Positions 38,724 to 51,565 of a DNA stretch of 64,000 bases are shown in pieces; positions within the stretch are counted from its first letter, which is position 1, and each line of letters starts with the position of its first letter. Both the position numbers and the translations under genes were made by a program. The DNA is from Octopus sinensis (taxonomy: Eukaryota). Below the pieces are notes generated by a model that searched no databases, had not been told where the DNA came from, and was given only the letters and a program-made list of their open reading frames with translations. Location: assembly GCF_006345805.1 (NCBI RefSeq), contig NC_043001.1, forward strand, positions 95,356,001 to 95,420,000, written 5' to 3'.

Positions 38724-40561
38724 AGGGAATACGGGGTTAATTTTTACAGCGTATCATCTTACCTCAGTCATGAAACAACATACCCCTTCTATTTCAGTTT
38801 AACACACCTAGAACGCCATCCGAACCCCAGAAGCCACAAGTCTGAGAAAGGCAACAAGCTTCAAGAGGACTAACGTGGACAAGGTTTTCGATAATCTGAC
38901 AGAAGTGCTTTACCGCTACAAGTTTTAGAGCCATGATATCTACAACCTTGAGGAGACGGGTGTCACTACTATGCAACGACCAGATCGAATTGTGGCAGAG
39001 AAAGGAGTGAAACAAATAGAAGCGATGAATTCAGCTGAGAGAGGGATCTTGGTGACAGTCTGCCTTGCAGTAAATGCCAGCGGTTATGCAACACCGCCAA
39101 TGCTTGTGTTACCTAGAGGCCACTTTCGTGAATACTTCATTGCTAATGGGCCAACAGGTTGCTGTGGATCAGCAAATCCAAGTGAATGGATGAAGGAGGC
39201 AGATTTTCTTAAATTTTTGGAACACTTCATGAAGCACACTCGTTGCATCAAAGAGAATCCTGTCCTGTTACTACTTGACAACCACAACTCCCATATCTCT
39301 TGTGATGGGTGGATGAAGTGTGATGGATGAATGAAGTCGCACCCAGGTAAAACGATGATCATTTACGACATGCCGGCCGTCTTGAAGGAATCCCTTCCAT
39401 ATGCGTGCACACCAGTCAAAATCCAGAAAGGATTTAAAGTCAGTAGCATCTGGCCCTTTAACAGGAATATCTTTATTGATGACGAATTTCTTCCAAGTTA
39501 CGCCACACACCGTCCTACTCCAAAACAAGGTGAATACTAGTCTGAAGTGCAGCCAAACGACCATCCTGACGTGCAGCCTGGCAGATAACCAGCCTAAGTT
39601 GTAGCCAGACGACCTGTCAGATGTTCAACTAGGTGACCAGGTCAATGAACGTCAAGACAGTCCGACGCACCAACACACACCAGGCTCAGGTTTTCTTGCT
39701 GGTGGTCTTTCAAGCCCACAGATGTAGCGCCCATTAAGGGAGTCTTCCCCCAGGAAGACACGTGGAGGTCATGGAAGTTGCAAGAGGTGCCAAACAGCGA
39801 TTCTAATCCTAACCCCCATAAAACAGCTCATAGTAGATAAAATAAACGAATGGAAGTACAAAACGAAGAAGGCAACTGGTACAGAAAAGGCAACAAAGGG
39901 GAAGGGAAAGTCCACTAAAATAGATAAAGACAAAGGAAAGCAGCCTCGCAGCAAGCAATTCGCCGATTGGAAATGTCTTGTCTGCTCAGATTGGTATTCC
40001 AACTCCCTTCCAGGTGAAGAATTGGTGCAATGCATGATCTGTAAAGAGTAGGCACACACTGAGTGTACCGATGGACGACAAGATTTTCTGTGTGATCTCA
40101 GTGGTGAGAATTTAATGGAGGACGATTCCGACTAGATGGCACATGTCACAAGGGGAAATTAGTTGATGAGGACTCTCAGAATCACAGTTAGGATATGAAG
40201 TGTTTCAAAGCATAGTTAATTAATTAAAATAATACTCCCTAGATGAAAAAAGCAGGAGACGTAAGCATCTCAAACTTGTTTGTTAACATAATTCCGAGTT
40301 ATCAACAGTTGTAACAATGTACTCCAGTAAGTGTCAGAACGCAAGCCGCACTCGGGTAACATCGTTACAACTGACACCACCTCATTAATTAAAACCTGTA
40401 TAATTAATGTTATTTGATTTCTGTCTTTTGCTGGTGATAAAAATAGAGATGTTTTACAAATAAATCTGAAAAGAAATTTCAGCTGTGTTCATTATATGGG
40501 TGGTAAGGCAAAATAAAAAATTTAAAATTTTAAAAATGTAACAACTAGATACTGTCTTCCC
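38724..40561 (+). mobile_element. Defective pogo-like (DDE_1 type) DNA transposon with C-terminal PHD finger
   Basis: RTPEATSL...IYNLEETG...AERGILVTVCLAVNASG...PPMLV...LLLLDNHNSH; later GFKVSSIWPFN; C-terminal CLVC...CMICKE*AHTEC...CDLS (39968-40135). The segment carrying the third catalytic residue is deleted. TIR match is weak (AGGGAATACGGGG.. vs ..CTGTCTTCCC-TA). Confidence 0.8.
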
Positions 40562-41724
40562 TACCTAAACAATCCGTGGAAGCCTGAGACATTAAAAAGG
40601 TATAGTTATTCAAGTGCAAAACAGTTAAGATTCAATGCTAAATTTATTATAGTTTGAATTTATTTCTATGAATTACATTATGTTTAAAAAATTCAAAAGA
40701 GAATAATTTCTGTCCATACTCTGTATAAGCCTAGACATCCCAAAATATGTAAACGAAATATAAAGCCCAAAATGTGTATAAATATGTTTATAATACAATC
40801 TTAGTTATTACTAAGCTAATGCGAGATACACATCGTCCTTAGCAGGAGTATATTGAACAGGAAATTATCAGGAGGAACAAGTTTGTGGAGGATTTACTAA
40901 TTTAATCAAGCGTACATTTAGGCCATTCAAATATACCTAACGTAAATTAGCTATGAGCTAGTCACTCAGATGTTTACACACACAAATATTTTGCTTCATC
41001 AAAGGTCTGAAGAGAATAGAAGCTAAATATTATATGAATCTGTAAGCAGCTGTATATTCCCTCTTGTTTCTCGTATTCATTCACTTAGTAATATCATTTG
41101 AAAATTTACGAATATCACACTTTCTCAGTTCTCCTCCGCTGCCATTCTGAGGTTTTACAATTATGTACGAGATGAATAATTCAGTCAAGGATTATATTTG
41201 GCGAGGTGTTGTTAGTAGGAATCCTTTCAAATCTGAAATATATTTTGTTGTTGCTGTTTTAAGTCTATATATCTACCTCTGTCTGTCTGTCTGTCTCTCT
41301 CTCTATCTCTATCTCTCTCCTTCCTCCTCTCGATTTCTCACTATATCTTTTCCTGTTTTAATATGGACATATAAAATAGTGCTTACTTATTAAATTGTAT
41401 TAGAAATAGCTTCAGCAATTTTGAAAATAGGTTATGTTAACTAAACTCAATTATAAGTATGAAATCCATGGAAACATCTCCCATGGTATATGAGTCACAT
41501 AACACTACTTAGGCAAACATATGCTGGTAAGAGGATTATGTAGTTGGAAGGCAGGGAATCAATCGATTATCGATGGTATATAGATTTAATAAACATGTAA
41601 TTGAATACTAAGGCATTCTATTTGATGTTGACTTTCCACAGTGTATCTATGCGTATTATATTGCCCTGTTGCATTTTAAGTATATATACTTCTACGAAAT
41701 GCTGAATGCATGTGTCTCGAAGCA

Positions 41725-41763
<39 letters not shown>

Positions 41764-41772
41764 ACACACACA

Positions 41773-41817
<45 letters not shown>

Positions 41818-42329
41818 TATTTTTGTGTTATATCTACTATAATTTCTGTATTTATATATTTATATACGTAAATATTTGGTATGTTAAGCGATGGTCGGGA
41901 GAAATGCAGAGACACACAAATACAGGCACACACACATACATATATGAGGGATTCTTTAAGTTTCTATCTACCAAATCCACTCATAAGATTTTGGTCGCCC
42001 CAAATCTATAATAGAGGACAGTTGCAATCTTCAGCTGCACAAATTAAATTAGAAGAACATATTAGTATAATTTTACCCAAAATCTCCGAGAGGGTAAGGA
42101 GATAGACAAAGAACATGTTTTACTGTGCAGCTGAAGATTGCTCTATATTTTAAATTGATGTAATGAAATGACTGCATTGTTCTATTAAATGGAGTCGCAG
42201 GAAACGGTCGTACTGCATTACTTCTGGATATCCTTGCTGCTTATTTTGATTATATATATATATCTACATCTATATCTATATCTATATATCTATATCTATA
42301 TATATATACGTACACGGAAATCTGTACAC

Positions 42330-42437
<108 letters not shown>

Positions 42438-42457
42438 TGCAAATCTGTACGCACATT

Positions 42458-42506
<49 letters not shown>

Positions 42507-42555
42507 CAACATACATACATACATACATACATACATACATACATAAAAACATACA

Positions 42556-42587
<32 letters not shown>

Positions 42588-43267
42588 CGAGTGAGAGCGA
42601 GATGCGTGTAATATATGTGTAGATTCATATTTTAAGAAGCTTCTTGTCTGAGTGTAAAAAATATTTTGTTTTGACATCCATCAAGTAACACTAAGATGGG
42701 AATTTTACCCGTAAAATTATACAAATTAAAAATCAAGCGTGCATGGTATAATGTCCTCCGGGCTTGATAAAAATTACATCAGATCAAGTAGACTTCCAAG
42801 GCAGGAGATCACGTCAATAGATGAAAGCCGGAAATATAAGAAAGATGTTTATATATAAGATAAGAACACAAGAACACAAATGGCTCCTACGTTGGATGTG
42901 GAACTTAAATCGGGTCGTGAAAATAGATGACGGTATGCATGCGTACACAATTTTATGTACACGTATATATATATATCTATAAGTATATTGATTTGTACAA
43001 TCATATCTAAGCGTATAAATATGTCTAACTCGTATTGTGACGTCACCTGACTCTAGACCAATGAAATTTTACCTCCTATCAAAACTGAATTTCAGTAAAT
43101 ACTACAATATAATCCTCTAATAGAATCAACCAACTGGAACGGCTGAGGACCGATCCCCACATGGAAGTCAACCAGGCAGAACGACAAAATTGACCTCCAG
43201 AAAAATAAGATGTCTTCAGTAATTTAACAAATCAAAAATCAGATCCGTTCACGGATCTCTCTCTTAA

Positions 43268-43650
43268 CTCAGTATGACTGAACATTTGGTGACCCACATT
43301 TCTAATTGATCACTTCTATTAGAAGTTGTGAACATCTAAATCTCATTTGATATTATTGAATCTTGTCTCAGTATGACCGACCCTTTGCTGATCCACATTT
43401 CTGATAAAGTTTGTGCATTTAAACAAGATGATCCACTTTTTTTTATATCATCGAATGTTATGGACATTTAAATCATATTTGATATTGAATCTTGTCTCAG
43501 TATGACCGACCCTTTGCTGATCCACATTTCTGATAGATCACTTCTACAATTATTAAAGTTTGTGCATTTAAACAAGATGATCCACATTTTTTTTTATATC
43601 ATCGAATGTTATGGACATTTAAATCATATTTGATATTATTGAATCTTGTA
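43268..43650. repeat. Three tandem ~100-155 bp units
   Basis: CTCAGTATGAC...CCACATTTCT...TTTGATATT(ATT)GAATCTT at ~43268, ~43366 and ~43495; the last two are near identical. Confidence 0.85.
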
Positions 43651-43869
43651 AGCATCAAATCTTTTAAACTTGTTGTAAACAATGAATATTTCAAATTTAT
43701 TTTTCTGCTTGAAGTTAAAATTTTTACCATTGATAAACTTAAAATATTGTTGAAACTACTTAGGTATGCATGTAACTAAATTTATTTTAAAACAAATTCA
43801 GGTACGTTTTCAACAACACATTTTCTTATATTTTTCTTGCGTGGAGATACGCCCACTCTTTTGTTATAT

Positions 43870-44090
43870 ATACTAAGAATGACTTAGTGGTTAGGGTGTT
43901 GCACTCACGATTGCAAGATCGTGGGTTTGATTCCCAGACCGGGCGTTGTGTTGTGTTTTTGAGCAAAGCACTTCATTTCACGTTGCGATGCGATCATTTC
44001 GACATCTGACATGTGACACCTTTACAAGTAATGTCGATCTGATGGAGGGAATGAGCTTATATCTACACAAACATTATATCACTCACCCAG
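43870..44090 (+). mobile_element. SINE family C head and centre, diverged
   Basis: GACTTAGTGGTTAGGGTG...GGTTTGATTCCCAGACCGGGCG...TTGAGCAAAGCACTTCATTTCAC. Confidence 0.65.
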
Positions 44091-44341
44091 TATCCCTTGG
44101 CAAGTCGTGAGGGTAGAATCATCAGTTACATTTTCCATATATTTCCGTCAGAAGCAGCCGCCATAAAAACAACCAGCAGTAATTCCAAGCGTGGCCAACT
44201 GAAACCATTTATATTATCCACCGCCCTCGTCCTTGGTCTACATTAGTATTCCTGCACTTTGTTTCCACTTAAACTATCCATTTTTGGATTATGTACTGCC
44301 ACATACTAATTATATACTCGTAATATCAAACCTCTGTTGGT

Positions 44342-44874
44342 GGAGGCGCAATGGCCCATTGGTTATGGCAGCGGATTCGCGGTCGTGGCATTGCGGTTTC
44401 GATTCTCAGACCGGGCATTGTAAGTGTTTATTGAGCAAAAACACCAAAAGCTCCACGCGTCTCCGGGTGAGGGTGGTCGTGAACCTTGCTGTACTCTTTC
44501 ACCACAACGTTCACTCACTCTTTCTTCCTGTTTCTGTTGTACCCATATTTCAAAGGGCTGGCCTTATCACACACTGTCTCGCTGAATCTCTCAGAAAGAG
44601 ATTCAGCGAGAATCTCTCAGAAAACTACGTTAAGAGTACACGTGTCTCTGAAATGCTCGACCACTTGCACGTTAATAAAGGAGTTGCGACATCACTGGTG
44701 CCAAGCTGTATCGGCCTTTGCCTTTCCCTTGGATAACATCGGTGGCGTGCAGAGGGGAGTCTGGTATGCATGGGCGATTGCTGGTCTTCCATAAACAACC
44801 TTGCCCAGACTTGTGCCTCGGAGGGTAACTTTCTAGGTGCAATCCCATGGTCATTCATGACCGAAGGGGGTCAC
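44342..44874 (+). mobile_element. SINE family C, long form
   Basis: GGAGGCGCAATGGCCCATTGGTTA head; tail ...CATGACCGAAGGGGGTCAC; collinear with 52467-52962 (minus). Confidence 0.85.
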
Positions 44875-44989
44875 TATCTAACCTATGTTGGTGATAATGA
44901 GGTGAAGGTACAGGTAGTTTGCGAGGCTAACTGACCATATGTTACGCCACGCGTCGACTGAGGTTACACAGGATATACTCCGGAAAAAA

Positions 44990-45420
44990 ACCCAATTAGG
45001 TACCTTTTATTCGTGATCGTACTGTTATCTAGTACGAAATCCAAAAGGAAAATATCGAATACGGCATTGTTTTACCAACCTATCCGTTTTTGATATTCGA
45101 TAGCTGGGGCTGTTACACGCAATCCGGCAATCCTAGCAAGCAATCGAGTGTCCCGTCCGTCATCAATGAAAAATTCGGCCGATATATAATTATATTTAAC
45201 ATCTCTCATTGATGTTCTACTACTATGTAGAGTTCACTTTGAACAGTTTGTTGAGGGAACCAATGTGACAGTGTTTCCCAGACTAATTCTCATTTCTTCT
45301 TTGCAGCATTCGCCACTGAATCCATTTAGTGTATGCTGGTAGATACATTCCGATGAGGCATGTAGCAACATATCATCTGCAAATATTACCTAAGCGATCC
45401 TATAACCATCGTATGGGAGA
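44990..45420 (-). pseudogene. Very decayed RTE-type RT fragment
   Basis: Minus strand VIFADDMLLHASSECIYQHTLNGFSGEC, then FFIDDGRD...ARIAG, resembling the RTE RT motif region and its downstream sequence. Confidence 0.55.
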
Positions 45421-46115
45421 CGAATTACTGAACGGTTGCCCATGTCAATTAAGTTTATACACCCTGGTTGCAAGTTTTCGATTAAGCACCGTTACTCGAA
45501 CATAAATTTTCGTACCGGCGTATGACGGCTTCCTTCGTATATTTACCGTTGAAGACTAACGTCACAGCGATTGAAGATCTGTAGTGCAAAGGGCTGCTGG
45601 AGAGGCAGGCATTCTAGTTCACATGTTAAACGTGAGAAACTGAGAAGGTATTAACTTGCTAACTCATGTATACCTTAAGGTTTGGACCTATGGGAACACG
45701 TTAAGCAATGGAAACCAAGGGAGATACTCACGATTTTTAAAAAAAGAAAACAAAGGTGAGGGTTTTGATAATATAGGAAGCGCCTTCTTGATTGAATTCG
45801 GTAGAAAATTTATGATGGGATTCTAGGAAAGCGATCTACAGAATTCTCGAAGCTAATTGATGAACAATATGCTTTCCCTCCTGAACACTGCAAAACCAAA
45901 CAGATAATTATTTTACAATAGGGACTCAAGAAAATACTGGAAATACCATAAAGAGCTATTCCATTGCTTTGCAGTCTGCATAAGGCATATGATCGCATCC
46001 CGCAGGGCAGTTTCTGAAAGGTTTGTCAAGAATTTGGGACGCATACACATGCACAAACACACACACACATGTACACACATGTGCACACACACACTGGTAT
46101 GTATATGTGTTTGAA

Positions 46116-46345
46116 GGCGGCGAGCTGGCAGAAACGTTAGCACGCCGGGCGAAATGCTTAGCGGTATTTCGTCTGCATTACGTTGTGAGTTCAAATTCCG
46201 CCGAGGTCGACTTTGCCTTTCACCCTTTCGGGGTCGATAAATTAAGTACCAGTTACGCACTGGGGTCGATGTAATTGACTTCATACCTATGTCTGTCCTT
46301 GTTTGTCCCCTCTGTGTTTAGCCCCTTGTGGGTAATAAAGAAATA
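46116..46345 (+). mobile_element. SINE family A monomer with 18 bp target-site duplication
   Basis: GGTATGTATATGTGTTTG at 46096-46113 and again at 46346-46363. Confidence 0.9.
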
Positions 46346-47579
46346 GGTATGTATATGTGTTTGTGCGTGTGTGCGTGTGTGCGTGTGTGCACGTGTGAAT
46401 GTGTGTGTGTGTGTGTCTATATATATATATATATACAATTAGATATATATACATATTTTTGCAAGAGCGTACCTCTGTTTATATATGCGCAGAAGTTTTA
46501 TGTTTATTATTAAAGATACAGATTTTTAATTGGGTCTATTTTATTCCAGAATTTTCCTTCACTAGCATGGCGTAGCTTTTGTATCTACATTAGATTAAGC
46601 GTTTATAGTTTGTTTGTGTTAGAGTTGATCGATTTATTAAATTATTTTCACCAAAATGTGTTGTGTGTAAACGTAGTGTGTTAATGTTGTATTTATGCTT
46701 ATATAAATCTGAGTTTGTGCGCATGTGTATGCCTGTCTGATTATAAGTATATTTATGCAAATGACCATGTCTGCGCATGTGTGCGTGTGTGTGTGTGGCG
46801 TGTCTATGTGTTTGAGTGCGTTTGTGTGTTTATGTCTATATGTATATGTTTGTGTGTGTAATGGGATTATATGAAAGTATGGTTGTAGAATTTCTAAATG
46901 TATGTCAATCCGTGTATGTCCATCAGAGGCCAATGATGCCAGCTGTTATTAAGTCACATGTTCTTTATCGATCAAATGCAAAGTAGTAAATCTAATTCGA
47001 TTACGAAGGAAAAATCGATATTACACACTTCGGTGTCAGAAATCATGCTAGGTAGCTATTGAAAATGTTATTGGTATATCGTAAATTAGTGTTGCGAGTG
47101 GTTGTTAACTTTTTTGGCTAATAAACTGTTCACTGCATAAAAGGAACGCACATTATTCAGCACCTAACGGATAGCATTGAGAATTCTGAATGCAGAGCTT
47201 ACTCTCCTTGTTTTTATCATTTTCACTCATTGAAATGTGAATCCGCCTTGTTATTGGATTTTGTCTTAGGCGATCGATTGATTTCCTACTACAAGCGTAG
47301 CCATCCACTCCACAAATAATATTGATATTACTGACTACTGCTAACTATACTGATAACGGTTAACAGCAAAATGATTTACAGCGATAACATCAGCAACAAC
47401 AACAATATCTAAAGCAATAGTAGGAATAGAAGCAGGAATATTACAAATATTTCAATGTAATTTTATAATTTATTTAAACAATTTTCCATGAAGTTTGGAG
47501 TGGAGGGAAGTCTCTAATGATATGTATATGTATATTTTTTGCAGTAAATGTCTAAAGATTCCTTGGCTGTCGCTGGTAG

Positions 47580-48010
47580 CAGTGGTCGTAGTGGTAGTAG
47601 TGATGATGATGATGATGATGTTGATGGCAATGAAATTACGAAGATTTTGACGACGACGACGACAGCGACGGTGGCAGGCATTAATGAATGAGGATGATGA
47701 TGATTATGATGATGATGGTGGTGGTGGTGGTGGTGGTGGTGATAATGATGATGATGACGATGAAGATTATGAAGACGATGATGACAACGACGGCGAGGGT
47801 GGCAGGTATGATTGGATGATGATGATGATGATGATGATGATGGTGGTGGCAGTGATGATGATGCTGATGATGATGATGATGACAATGAAATTATGAAGAC
47901 GATAACGACGAGTACGGCGAGGGTGGCAGTCATGTCTGGATGATGACGACGACAGGGGTGATGATGATGATGATGATGGTCGTGGTGGTGACGAAGACGA
48001 CGACATTGTT
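47580..48010. repeat. Compound (GAT)/(GGT)/(GAC) trinucleotide region with a higher-order repeat
   Basis: The block (C)AATGAAATTA(C/T)GAAGA...GACG...GGTGGCAG recurs at ~47628, ~47760 and ~47883. Confidence 0.85.
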
Positions 48011-49100
48011 AATAATAAAAGAGATGTGGATAATAACGATGAGGTAAATTATGATGATAGGGAAGTCGGGGTAAGGTATGATATTACGAGTGAATACGAT
48101 GAATATGATTATGATCTAAGCGTTAAAATTAATAACATTAATTCTAACGATAACTGCCATACTAATAACTGTAATAATTTCTTCTTTAACAGAAGACAAA
48201 TATCTGTAACGAACTGATGCAGTCTATTGAATTGACCTCATATATTACTCGAATATTATTTTATCGATTGCAACAGAATGAATAGAAAAATCAATATTTG
48301 ATTGGTGTGAAATCAGTATCGATGGTGACAAATATGCTTATAATAATTAACTTATTCTGGTTCAATTTGAAAGGAATATAAAACTAGAAGCAATAAAATT
48401 AAGATGAGACAAGGAAGCCTCCGTTGTACATGGATGGAACCTTTAAGGCTAGAAATAGCAATCACCTGGCAATCTGTATATTATCTTGTGTATCTGACAA
48501 TAAACTATATTGGGAAATATAATCGAAAATACGAAGTGATTCTGAAAAGATCCTGGCTTTAAGAGTATCGTGAAAGGCTTGGTAAGAAGCACAACCTCCC
48601 GAGATCTTTTCCAAGTTTTTTTTCGGTAACCAGAAGGACCGCTGAGACCAGTGTGTGAATCGGAAAGGGGAAAAATTTTGAATGAAATTATAACTAAATG
48701 ATCTGCATGTATTTTCTCTCACCGAGAGGCAGGACATTTTCCGCAGCCCCTCGTATATGAAAACCAGAATATCCAGGACTAGAACGACATAAGATTTCCT
48801 TTCATGGTTTGAAAGAAAAATACAAATAATTTGAAGTTGTTAGAAAACCGTTTTAATTATTTGTAAACATCCTAGATGACTTGGTACAGTTAACCCTAGT
48901 GTTATTATGCCCTAACATCTAATATCGAGTTTCCAAAGTGTTCCAACAAAGGCAGTTGGGGATAATAAATTTTGGATTCTAGAAGTAGTAGCAATACATT
49001 TTAGTCTATTTGGAAGAATATGTTCCTCACAATGGCTTTTAGATATTGTAAAGTAATCATTGTCATTGTCTCTCTTTCTCTCTCTCTCTCCCTCTCTCTC

Positions 49101-49180
<80 letters not shown>

Positions 49181-49229
49181 GTATGTATGTATATGTATAT
49201 ATATAGGGGGAGAATTCGCATGGAATTTC

Positions 49230-49757
49230 ATTGGTATCTCGTTCACCCGCGACTCACACATAATAATCAAGAGGATAGTAGTTTGGGGAATTAGGTGGCC
49301 ATATACTGGGTGTGATGTTGTCGCAGGAATTGTCTAAGAGCCCTGACTGGGTCATCCTGCTTGTGTGATATGGTGCAGAGTCCTTTGTCCAGACATAGGG
49401 TTTTGCAGCAACCATACTCTTGATCGAAGGCAGCATTAGCTCTGCCAGGCACTTGATGTAAGCGTAACTTTTGATTCTAAGTCCGAGTGAGAAGATGAAT
49501 GTTCATTACTAGTGATCACTCCAAACACCATGATGTTGAATGAATCTTTGGTTTTCAACAGCTTCGGTGCATGTCCTGCGATTGTACAGTCCTCAGATTG
49601 ACACTCTGAAACGTTGGTACTAGAGCTGTCGACACGAATACCAAATGCCAAGCAGTACAGCCTGTGCTTCCAAATTTCTGGCAGCAGAGTGAACTGCAAG
49701 AATGCACATGCAAGAAATTAGATATTTAAAATGGGGACAATTTACCCATCGCATTGT
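49230..49757 (-). mobile_element. Internally deleted Tc1/mariner DD37D (maT-type) relic
   Basis: NIMVFGVITS...KPYVWTKDSAPYHTS...WPPNSPNYYPLDYYV with 37 residues between the two D; terminal TACAATGCGATGGGTAAATTGTCCCC at ~49757. Confidence 0.8.
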
Positions 49758-49782
49758 ATGTAAGTATATATTATATACATAA

Positions 49783-49855
<73 letters not shown>

Positions 49856-51384
49856 TGACAGATTGAAAATAGAAATGCGATCAGTCATTGTTTTGAAACA
49901 CTGGCAGGCTTCCTGAGGAATACTTCCCAAAAGTAAATTAATTAGCAAGTGATTTAGCAGTAGTCATGAACACCTGGTGTCGCGTTGCGTATTAATAATT
50001 CTAACAACGGTAAATTATCAATTGAAAGATAAAGTAGCGAATTTCCCTGAAATACATACATATATTTCATTCAAAATGAATAGAAAATCTAGAGCACATC
50101 ATATTCGTCATTAGAAATTATATATGGGTGTGCGTGCGCGCTTTCTATTCTAACTACAAATCAATTATCTTAGTAGATATCAAGATAATAGTTTTCTTCT
50201 TTTATCCTTACTTATTAATTAATTACAACGTATAAAGTAATTCCATTTAGTACTATCACCAATACACAGTATTATTCCAATGATACATATTTTGATGAGA
50301 AATTTTGACTAAATCTAAAACATTAATTGTTGGTTTTTAATTTATTGATTCTAAGATTGTGGATATTAAGTTCATTTACAAGAAAATTCAAAGAAAAAGA
50401 GAAACAATCTAAAGGAAGTAAGAGATTTACGTGTTTCTAACGATTACTCGCATAAATTAATATCTTTGGTTGGTATGTTAGTAAATTTGAAATATTAGCG
50501 ACTGCATAGATGAACATTTTCTATATCAAAATGGATATGCGCACTTTTCTTAAGGTGCAACAAAGACATTTTTGTAAAAACGATTTTCGATTTCCTAATA
50601 TCAATATATTAGAAAACCTGAAAACGGTTGAATTAAATATTCTCTTTTTAGTTGTGTATATATATATTTTTTTTTATATTTCTAAGGATCCATAAATGAT
50701 TTTATATTGAAATTATTATTATTTTTGTTATTAATTGTCACAATCAACATAATAATAGAATCAGATTAGGAAGGGGAATAATGATAAAAAAAAAAATCCA
50801 ATATGGAGATGCTTTTAACCTTAAGTGTTAAGATACTACAGAGTTTCACTGTGAAAAAAGAATAAAGCTGTAAAAATGAAAGAAATACTAAATGGAATTT
50901 CAAATGGTGGAACTGAAAACTACAATAACTCTTCGATTAGAAAGTAATGGCCGAATAGAACGCTACGTGAAATTATATAAATTATGTTTCACACCATGAA
51001 AAGTGGTTGCATGCGAAATAGTTCTTGCTCTAATATTTACCCTTTCCCTTGTAGATTAATAGATATTTTTTCTTCATTTGACAGCTTTTATTCTTCTTCA
51101 AGTTTAGTCGAGGAAATGTCGATTTAGCAAGGCAACACTTAAAAGTGTATCAAGTGTTTAAGTCTTGAGTTAATGTCGGCAAGATATTGAGAATAGACTA
51201 AATGGTTCTTCATAAATAGATTACTACTACTATTATATATATGTAGAAATACACATTTTATATGTGTGAATGTCTCTATGTGCTTATACGTTATAAAGTA
51301 AATGTGTAATCCCATAGGCATCTGCACACTGGTTGACGTATGCGTGTATGTGTGCATGTGCGTATGAATGTATGTATATGTATA

Positions 51385-51506
<122 letters not shown>

Positions 51507-51532
51507 GTGTGTGTGTGTGTGTGTGTGTGTGT

Positions 51533-51565
<33 letters not shown>

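Noticed and set aside
47514-48006. Poly-His/Ser and Asp/Gly-rich ORFs
   Set aside because: Trinucleotide repeat translations with overlapping ORFs on both strands and no convincing exon context.
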